Below, in pieces: positions 57,349 to 64,000 of a stretch of DNA of 64,000 nucleotides (its first letter is position 1; each line of letters starts with the position of its first letter). The position numbers were made by a program, and so were the translations under genes. The notes under the pieces were generated by a model that ran no database searches, was not told where the DNA came from, and saw only the letters and a program-made list of their open reading frames with translations. Source of the stretch: Trueperaceae bacterium (GTDB lineage Bacteria; Deinococcota; Deinococci; Deinococcales; Trueperaceae); contig CBDCDZ010000004.1 of the NCBI GenBank assembly GCA_965215565.1, positions 1,952,001 through 2,016,000 on the forward strand, read 5' to 3'.

Positions 57349-60267
57349 ATGTCGCGTCGTCGCAAGTTCACACCATTTCTTCTTTATCTACTTCTCTTTT
57401 TTCTCCTCACCGCCTGTAACGATCTAGAAAGCGCAGGCAACATCAACCAGCCAGAGCGTCCCCCCGAAGGTGCCTTCGGCGTGAGCGAGACCTTTGATGG
57501 TCCCTATCTCGGTGTAGATAACCCTGTCACTGACCCTGCCGACGCACCTATCCTCGAGGTCGAGCCAGGCGGCACGTTCTACGCCCGAGCCGTCTACGAG
57601 AGCTTAGTAGGTATCACCGACATCACCGTGAGTTTAGTCAACACTACACCTGAAGGCTTAGCCGGTCCTTTAGACCCGACGCAGAGCTTTTTTACATTAG
57701 GTGCGCCTACGAGTATCAGCGAGCCTGGGGGCGGCTGTGAGTTGACGGGTGAGGACGCTGAAGTCATCTGTATCTATGAGATTCAGGTGGCTGAAGATGC
57801 GGTGAACGTGAGCGAACTCGAGGGGGCGCAAGGTGAATTTGCGTACACCTTTACCAGCGAAGCGACCAACGCGGCGGGTGTGACTTCGGATGAGGACTTG
57901 CGGGCGTATGTGAGGATTGTAGGTGATGGGGCGGAAGAGCCGGAACCTAAGCCGGAGCCGGTGGTGTGCACGGACCCGGTCAATATCCCTGATGAGATTG
58001 CGGAGGAGTTTATCCGCGAGGAGCTTAATAAACCCGAGGGCGAGTTGACCTGCGAGGACTTGGCGAACCTTAAAGAGTTCAGCGTGGTTGACGGGAACTT
58101 AGAGTTCATCCCTTTAAGGAGCATCGAGGGTTTGCAGTACGCGGTCAACTTAGAATCCTTCGCCGCTATGGACGGCGCACAGTCGTTGGAGCTAGACCTC
58201 TTGGTAGGCTTGCCGAAACTAACAAGCGTGAGCTTCGGTCTTTACAATATTGATGATGAGGACATCGAAACGCTCGCACGTATCGAGACGCTGACCCGCC
58301 TCTACCTGCGCACCGCCGATAACTTCCTCGATTTTGACCCTGAAACTGTTGGTTCTGATGTGAGCGACATCTCGCCCTTAGCAAATCTGACGAACTTGGA
58401 GGTCTTGGGGCTCGAGTGGTTCCAAGAACTCAGCGACCTCTCGCCGCTGGAGGGTCTCACCGCACTCGAAGAACTCACGATCAACCGCACGGACGTTCGC
58501 GACCTCCCGCCGCTACAAGGTCTTACGAACCTAGAGAGGCTCGAACTCTCATATAACGAGATAGGCGACCTCAGTGGGCTCGAAACCCTGACCTCTTTGC
58601 AGTACCTCAACCTCACCAGCAACCAAATCACCGACCCCTCACCGTTACGAAACCTCACGAACTTAGAGAGGCTCGAACTCTCGTTCAACGATATAAGCGA
58701 CCTCAGTGGGCTCGAGGACTTGACCTCTTTACAGTACCTCGATCTCACCAGCAACCAAATCACTGACCTCTCACCGCTCGTTGACAACAGTGGCTTAGGC
58801 GAAGATGACGAGATAGAACTCAGCTTCAATAGCTTTAGTACGTGTCCGGGCACGGAGGCGCGCGAGGCTATCAGCACGCTCACCGAGCGCGGCGCGGAGG
58901 TTGACTTTGGCGAGCCGGAGGACTGCGGTGCGGGTGGCGAGGAAGCCTGCACGAACCCGGTGGAGATTCCTGACGAGTTCGTCGAGCGGGACGTCCGCGA
59001 AGCACTTGGCAAACCCCAAGGTGAACTGACCTGCGAAGATTTGGAACGCTTGACAGAACTGACCACAGGTCCAGAGGGTGACGACGACCGCCCCTTTTCT
59101 CTCGAAGGACTACAGTACGCCACGAACTTAGAAAGGCTCACCGTAGCGGGAAATCGGCTCAGCGACCTGGAGCCCCTGCGAAATCTACCGAACCTGAGCG
59201 AGCTTGTGCTGGACAGCATGGGCGGAGGTGCAACGGTTGATATCGCGGCGCTTGCTGAGGTTGAGACGCTAGAAGTATTGAAGTTCAGCTTTGAGAGCAA
59301 TATGCTAAGCCTCGAGCCCCTCGAAGGCTTGACGGGTCTCAGGGTGCTCGAGCTTGAAGAAGTCGATGTCGAAGAGGGCGATGCGGGGGTACTGCAAAGT
59401 CTCACGGGTTTACAGAGGCTCGTTATCAACGGCGTAGGGGGCGACGGTATCTCAGGCATCCGTACCTTAGAGCCGCTCGTCAACAACGAAGGGTTGAGCG
59501 AGGGCGATACGCTTGATCTACGAAACAACCTCGACCTCGGACTCAACACGTACTTCATCGATACCTGCCCCGGCACAGACGACCGAGAGGCTATCGAAAC
59601 CCTGCGCGCGCGAGGCGTTGAGGTGGCGTTTGACGAGCCCGTCAACTGTAGACCAGAAGGAACACAAGTAGAGGCGTGCAGCGGACCTGTGAATGTGCCT
59701 GATGAGGCGTTGGCGAGGAGCATCCGCATGACGTTGGAGCAGGGCGCTTTACAGGGAGGCTTGACGGGCGCGAATTTAGCAGAACTCGAGAGTCTCTCCG
59801 ACGACTCTGGCGTAGAGAGCCTCGAGGGTTTGCAGTGTGCTATCAACCTACAGGTCTTAAACGTCGAGAACAGCCAGGTTGAAGACGTCTCACCCCTACA
59901 GAACCTCACGCGCTTAGACAGTCTCAGAGTTGACGGAGGGCGAATTGATGACCTCACAGCGCTACAAAACCTCGTCGGTCTACAAGCACTTTTCTTCTAC
60001 GAAAACGAAGTGGACGACCTCTCGCCCTTAGCGGGTCTTGTCCGGCTCGATACGGTTGGTTTCGCGGGCAACGAAGTGAGTGACCTCTCGCCGCTCGTCG
60101 AACTAGCCGACGAGGGCAGCTTGACGGGTGAGAACAGTTTCGTGGACGTTCGTGAAAACCCCGCCGACACCTGCCCCGGTAGCGACGCAAGGGAGGACAT
60201 CGACACGCTTGTTGAGCGCGGCGTCAGGGTTCTCTTCGGCGAGCCCGAAAACTGTGACGCGAACTAG
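57349..60267 (+). CDS. Internalin-like leucine-rich repeat lipoprotein with three Cys-capped LRR modules
   Basis: Lipobox LTAC; 22-aa LRRs (LxxLxxLxLxxNxIxDLSPL); three PV.IPD...CPG..AREAI.TL.ERG modules. Confidence 0.9.
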   Translation: MSRRRKFTPFLLYLLLFFLLTACNDLESAGNINQPERPPEGAFGVSETFDGPYLGVDNPVTDPADAPILEVEPGGTFYARAVYESLVGITDITVSLVNTTPEGLAGPLDPTQSFFTLGAPTSISEPGGGCELTGEDAEVICIYEIQVAEDAVNVSELEGAQGEFAYTFTSEATNAAGVTSDEDLRAYVRIVGDGAEEPEPKPEPVVCTDPVNIPDEIAEEFIREELNKPEGELTCEDLANLKEFSVVDGNLEFIPLRSIEGLQYAVNLESFAAMDGAQSLELDLLVGLPKLTSVSFGLYNIDDEDIETLARIETLTRLYLRTADNFLDFDPETVGSDVSDISPLANLTNLEVLGLEWFQELSDLSPLEGLTALEELTINRTDVRDLPPLQGLTNLERLELSYNEIGDLSGLETLTSLQYLNLTSNQITDPSPLRNLTNLERLELSFNDISDLSGLEDLTSLQYLDLTSNQITDLSPLVDNSGLGEDDEIELSFNSFSTCPGTEAREAISTLTERGAEVDFGEPEDCGAGGEEACTNPVEIPDEFVERDVREALGKPQGELTCEDLERLTELTTGPEGDDDRPFSLEGLQYATNLERLTVAGNRLSDLEPLRNLPNLSELVLDSMGGGATVDIAALAEVETLEVLKFSFESNMLSLEPLEGLTGLRVLELEEVDVEEGDAGVLQSLTGLQRLVINGVGGDGISGIRTLEPLVNNEGLSEGDTLDLRNNLDLGLNTYFIDTCPGTDDREAIETLRARGVEVAFDEPVNCRPEGTQVEACSGPVNVPDEALARSIRMTLEQGALQGGLTGANLAELESLSDDSGVESLEGLQCAINLQVLNVENSQVEDVSPLQNLTRLDSLRVDGGRIDDLTALQNLVGLQALFFYENEVDDLSPLAGLVRLDTVGFAGNEVSDLSPLVELADEGSLTGENSFVDVRENPADTCPGSDAREDIDTLVERGVRVLFGEPENCDAN

Positions 60268-60331
60268 CGGCAACCAGGGGTGAACTGAAACTGGTCCGAG
60301 CGTTGCAGTACCAATCTAACAACCTTTCAAG

Positions 60332-60356
60332 GCCGCTCCAATTGGAGCGGCTTTTT
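60332..60356 (+). terminator. Rho-independent terminator
   Basis: GCCGCTCCAATTGGAGCGGC followed by TTTTT. Confidence 0.8.
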
Positions 60357-60382
60357 CTCGAGCTAGCATTCCTCACCCTTTT

Positions 60383-60539
60383 ATACGGAATTGCATAGCT
60401 TATACCCTTTCCGGTTAAACACGAAATAAAGTTTCGTGTTTAATCCCGAGCGGATGCAAGTAGAAACAAATACGGATTCCGGTGATAACGGAATATAACG
60501 ACGAAGGAGTTTATGCAGTAATCAACCGGAATCCGTATT
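60383..60539. repeat. Deinococcus-type short non-coding repeat (ATACGGATTCCG...CGGAATCCGTAT family)
   Basis: TTCCGGTTAAACACGAAA..TTTCGTGTTTAATCCCGAGCGGATGCAAGTAG; inverted repeat AATACGGATTCCGGT (60469) / ACCGGAATCCGTATT (60525). Confidence 0.7.
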
Positions 60540-60641
60540 ACTTATCCTTGCTGAGAGCGTTAGAGCTTACCATCACAGATGGGCACGGCATAGTTTTGCA
60601 AACTATGCTGTGCAACCTCGTATTAGGTGACAATAGACACA

Positions 60642-61796
60642 ATGACTTCTCAACGTAAACGCATCGCGATTTTGGGCTCCACCGGCTCCATCGGCACCCA
60701 AAGCCTAGACGTCGCCCGCTGGCGCGGCTACGACGTCGTCGGGCTCGCCACTGGGCGCAGCGCCGACGCGCTCATCAAACAAGCGAACGAATTCAAGCCT
60801 AAGCTCGTTTCGTGTCACCCCGACGTCGCAGCGCAGGTCAAGCCGCACCTACCCGAGGGGACAAGCCTTGCGACGGGCGGCGCGGGCGCGGAAGAGGTGG
60901 CGGTCCTAGAGGTGGATACGGTCGTCGCCGCAATCTCGGGCATCGCCGGGCTCAAACCGACCTTGGCGGCGCTCCGAGCGGGGCGGCATGTCGCGTTAGC
61001 CAACAAAGAGGCGATGGTGGTGGCGGGACCGCTCGTGTGGGAGGCGGCGCGGCGGCACGGCGCAACGATTACCCCGGTGGATTCGGAGCACTCGGCGCTC
61101 TTTCAATGTTTGGTGGGCGAGCGCCGAGAAGACGTGGACAAGCTTATCTTGACGGCGTCGGGCGGACCCTTCCGCACGGAGCCTGCGGACTTGACCGACG
61201 TGACCCCGGAGCAAGCCCTGAAGCACCCCAACTGGGCGATGGGCGCGAAGGTGACGGTGGACTCGGCGACTTTGTTCAACAAAGGGCTCGAGGTCTTAGA
61301 GGCACATTTCCTCTTCGAGATGGCGCTGGAGAAGATAGAGGTCATTATTCATCCGCAGTCGTTGGTTCACAGCTTCGTGCGCTTTAAGGACGGCAACCTC
61401 AAGGCGCAAGTCGGGCCGCACGACATGAGGCTGCCGATTCAGTACGGCGTCGAGTACCCCGAACGCCCCAGCATCCCTCTGGACCCGCTCCCTTTAAGCG
61501 GCACGTGGGAATTTTACGAACCCGACTCGGCGCGTTTCCCGAGTTTGGGCTTAGCGTACGAGGCGGGGCGACGAGGGGGGACGGCTCCGACGATTCTCAA
61601 TGCGGCGGACGAGCTTGCAGTGGTGACATTTTTGCGCGGCGAGGTAGGCTTCACGGAGATTCCTGAGATTTTAGAGCACGCCTTAAAGCAGACGCCCGTG
61701 ACCGAACTGAGCTGGGACGCAATTGGCGCGGCGGACGAGGAGGCTAGGGAGACGGTGCGCGCTTACCTCGAGCGCCGAGTCTCCCCGAAATCCTAA
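60642..61796 (+). CDS. dxr: 1-deoxy-D-xylulose 5-phosphate reductoisomerase
   Basis: [43 protein letters not shown]. Confidence 0.97.
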   Translation: MTSQRKRIAILGSTGSIGTQSLDVARWRGYDVVGLATGRSADALIKQANEFKPKLVSCHPDVAAQVKPHLPEGTSLATGGAGAEEVAVLEVDTVVAAISGIAGLKPTLAALRAGRHVALANKEAMVVAGPLVWEAARRHGATITPVDSEHSALFQCLVGERREDVDKLILTASGGPFRTEPADLTDVTPEQALKHPNWAMGAKVTVDSATLFNKGLEVLEAHFLFEMALEKIEVIIHPQSLVHSFVRFKDGNLKAQVGPHDMRLPIQYGVEYPERPSIPLDPLPLSGTWEFYEPDSARFPSLGLAYEAGRRGGTAPTILNAADELAVVTFLRGEVGFTEIPEILEHALKQTPVTELSWDAIGAADEEARETVRAYLERRVSPKS

Positions 61797-61906
61797 GCGT
61801 ATCTTCATGAACGCGCTCTAAGCTTAGAGCGTCGGTTCGGGAGAGCGTGACATGGTCTTACCGACTTATCGGCGCACGCCCTCATTTTTTCCGCTACCCT
61901 TAGCCT

Positions 61907-63379
61907 ATGCAGACCTCCAGACGCACCTTTCTCAAGCTCAGCGGCGCAGCGCTCGCCGCTAGCCTCGTGTCGCCCGGTCTAGCTAGGGCGAACGAGAGGG
62001 CGCGGCGTGTAGACCCTGAGCTGCACCTCTTAAACCGCGTCACTTGGGGTCCGCGCCCGGAAGAGGTCAGACACGTCCGCAAGGAGGGGATGAAACGGTA
62101 TCTCGAGCGTCAACTCCACCCCGAGCGCATCGACGACGCGGAGGCGGACGCTAAGCTCCGCGAACTGCCTATTTTAGCGATGGACCGCCGCACCGCGCAC
62201 CGCTTATCGGACTACAGGAACCGCTGCCGCGACGCCCTCGTCGCGGGGATGGTGCTGCGCGCGACGCATAGCAAGCGGCAACTTTTAGAGCGCATGGTGG
62301 ACTTCTGGACGGACCACTTCAACGTGCCGAGCCGCGACCTAGAGCCCGAGGTCGTCGTCTTTCAGCGCAAAATTCGCGCTCATGCGCTCGGCACCTTTCG
62401 CGACTTACTCTTCGCTACCGCGCAGAGCCCTGCCATGCTCATCTATCTGAACAACCGGAGCAACGAGGCGGAAAACCCCAACGAGAACTACGCCCGCGAG
62501 CTTTTGGAGCTACACACCTTGGGCGTGGACGGCGGCTATAGCGAGAGCGACGTGAAAGAGGTGGCGAGGGCGCTCACGGGTTGGACCGTGGATGACCGCG
62601 CCGCGTCGGGCTTTTACTTCCGGGCGGGCACGCACGACACCGGCGAGAAGCACGTGCTGGGGCACACCCTACCGGCGGACCGGGGTATCGAAGACGGGCT
62701 GCACGTTTTAGACATCGCGGTGAATCACCCCTCCACTGCCCGCTTTCTCTGCACCAAGCTCTGCACGAAGTTCGTCTCGGACGAGCCGCCACATAACCTC
62801 GTGGAGAGCGCGGCGCGGGTGTGGGTGCGCACGGGCGGCAGCATTAAAGAGGTCTTGCGCCACATCTTTTCGTCCGAAGACTTTGCCGCGTCAGCCGGAC
62901 AAAAGCTGCGCCGTCCCCTGGAGTTTTTCGTCGGCGCACGCCGCGCGACTAGCACCGAGATACATGACGACGACAAGATGCGCAAGCTTCTGGAGGACCT
63001 CGCGCACATCCCTTACGGCTGGGAGCCGCCCGACGGCTACCCGGATACGGCGGCGGCGTGGCTGACGAGCAGCAACCTCTTGGCGCGCTGGAACGTCGCT
63101 TCGGCGCTGACGCACGAGGCGTACAGCGTCAAGGACGCGAAACTGAGCACGGAGCTTTTTGCGCGCGCCGGGCACCCTTCGAGCGTCGCCGAACTCGTGG
63201 ACAACGTGGCAAACCAGGTTTTCGCGCGCCGCTTAGAGGAGGATGAGCGCGCGCCCTTCGTCGCCTTTGCCTCGGATGATGAGGGCGGCGACGCCCCCAT
63301 CTCGCCGCACCTCTTGGCGCGCAAGCTCGCCCCCTTGTACAGCCTCATGCTCGCCTCGCCCGCGTACCAGTGGTGCTGA
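61907..63379 (+). CDS. DUF1800 family protein with Tat signal
   Basis: SRRTFLK; LLERMVDFWTDHFNV, SPAML.YL, PNENYARELLELHTLG. Confidence 0.92.
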   Translation: MQTSRRTFLKLSGAALAASLVSPGLARANERARRVDPELHLLNRVTWGPRPEEVRHVRKEGMKRYLERQLHPERIDDAEADAKLRELPILAMDRRTAHRLSDYRNRCRDALVAGMVLRATHSKRQLLERMVDFWTDHFNVPSRDLEPEVVVFQRKIRAHALGTFRDLLFATAQSPAMLIYLNNRSNEAENPNENYARELLELHTLGVDGGYSESDVKEVARALTGWTVDDRAASGFYFRAGTHDTGEKHVLGHTLPADRGIEDGLHVLDIAVNHPSTARFLCTKLCTKFVSDEPPHNLVESAARVWVRTGGSIKEVLRHIFSSEDFAASAGQKLRRPLEFFVGARRATSTEIHDDDKMRKLLEDLAHIPYGWEPPDGYPDTAAAWLTSSNLLARWNVASALTHEAYSVKDAKLSTELFARAGHPSSVAELVDNVANQVFARRLEEDERAPFVAFASDDEGGDAPISPHLLARKLAPLYSLMLASPAYQWC

Positions 63380-63594
63380 GTCGTGAAGGGCGTGACCCAA
63401 GTTCTTCCTGTGATACTCGAAAGGGTGAACTGTGGGTTCATCTCGAGCGTTCCTGACATCACGTGCCGAACTTGTTTCGCTCGGCGAGGCGTAACCTCTT
63501 AATCCAGGTCAGCTTGACGTTCGAGGATACGTCACCACTAGAGAGAATTTCGCTTAGGACAGCCCCTCGCGCGGCGCGTGAAAGGAAGTAAACC

Positions 63595-64000
63595 GTGAAT
63601 AGGCGCGACCTCTTGACGAATTTGGGCACGCTCGGCGTGAGCCGCGCCCTCTTGCCCCACTGGACGCCGCAGCTCGCCTTTCGCTCACCCCAGACGGTGA
63701 GCGCCGCCCCCGGCGACACCCTCATCTGCATCTTTTTGCGTGGCGGCGTGGACGGCCTTAGCGCAGTTGTGCCTTACGGCGAAGGCAGCCACCTCTACGA
63801 CGCTAGACCGACACAGCGCGTCAGAGAGCCCGGCAGCGCGGCGGGGAGCGCGCTCGACCTAGACGGTTTTTTCGGCTTTCACCCGGCCTTGGAGCCCCTA
63901 GCCGACCTCTACCGCGGCGGCGAATTGGGCGTTGTGCACGCGGTAGGCAGCACCGACCCCTCGAGATCGCATTTCGACGCGATGCAGTTCATGGAGAACG
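63595..64000 (+). CDS. DUF1501 family protein (partial, Tat-like signal)
   Basis: Manual translation MNRRDLL...LICIFLRGGVDGLSAVVPY...FGFHPAL...SRSHFDAM; usual partner of DUF1800. Confidence 0.88.
   Translation, partial: MNRRDLLTNLGTLGVSRALLPHWTPQLAFRSPQTVSAAPGDTLICIFLRGGVDGLSAVVPYGEGSHLYDARPTQRVREPGSAAGSALDLDGFFGFHPALEPLADLYRGGELGVVHAVGSTDPSRSHFDAMQFMEN

Noticed and set aside
58302..59957. 551-aa antisense ORF
   Set aside because: Ser/Arg-rich shadow of the LRR gene on the opposite strand.
63380..63594. Gene or element between DUF1800 and DUF1501
   Set aside because: No convincing ORF, repeat or hairpin identified.

Overview
Bacterial chromosomal segment of roughly 60% GC, most likely Deinococcota (Trueperaceae/Deinococcus-like). 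This is inferred from gene content, the many leaderless-type starts (TANNNT 5-8 nt before the start codon) and one Deinococcus-type short repeat. It holds about 55 CDSs and one tRNA-Asp(GTC). Housekeeping genes (serA, recG, truD, hemY, mobA, ppc, dxs, holB, aspartate kinase, dxr) are interspersed with small accessory genes: an AIPR-like protein, VapBC, an orphan CopG-type antitoxin, barstar, a CPCC protein and an LRR-DUF1963 fusion. There is also a sulfolipid sqdB-sqdX pair and several very acidic secreted lipoproteins (CHRD/fasciclin, a three-module internalin-like LRR protein). No integrase, transposase or CRISPR array was seen. The most striking unexplained structure is non-coding: a dispersed ~81-bp element with imperfect TA-ended inverted termini (core CCAGATGATACCTGCTA). 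It has at least 9 intergenic copies; at one site its terminus is amplified into a 23-bp tandem array, and one copy appears to supply a gene's start codon. The palindrome CTCGAG is strongly over-represented. Several single-base lesions (HD gene, CPCC gene, holB start) may be real or assembly errors. All family calls come from motif recognition by eye; no database searches were run.
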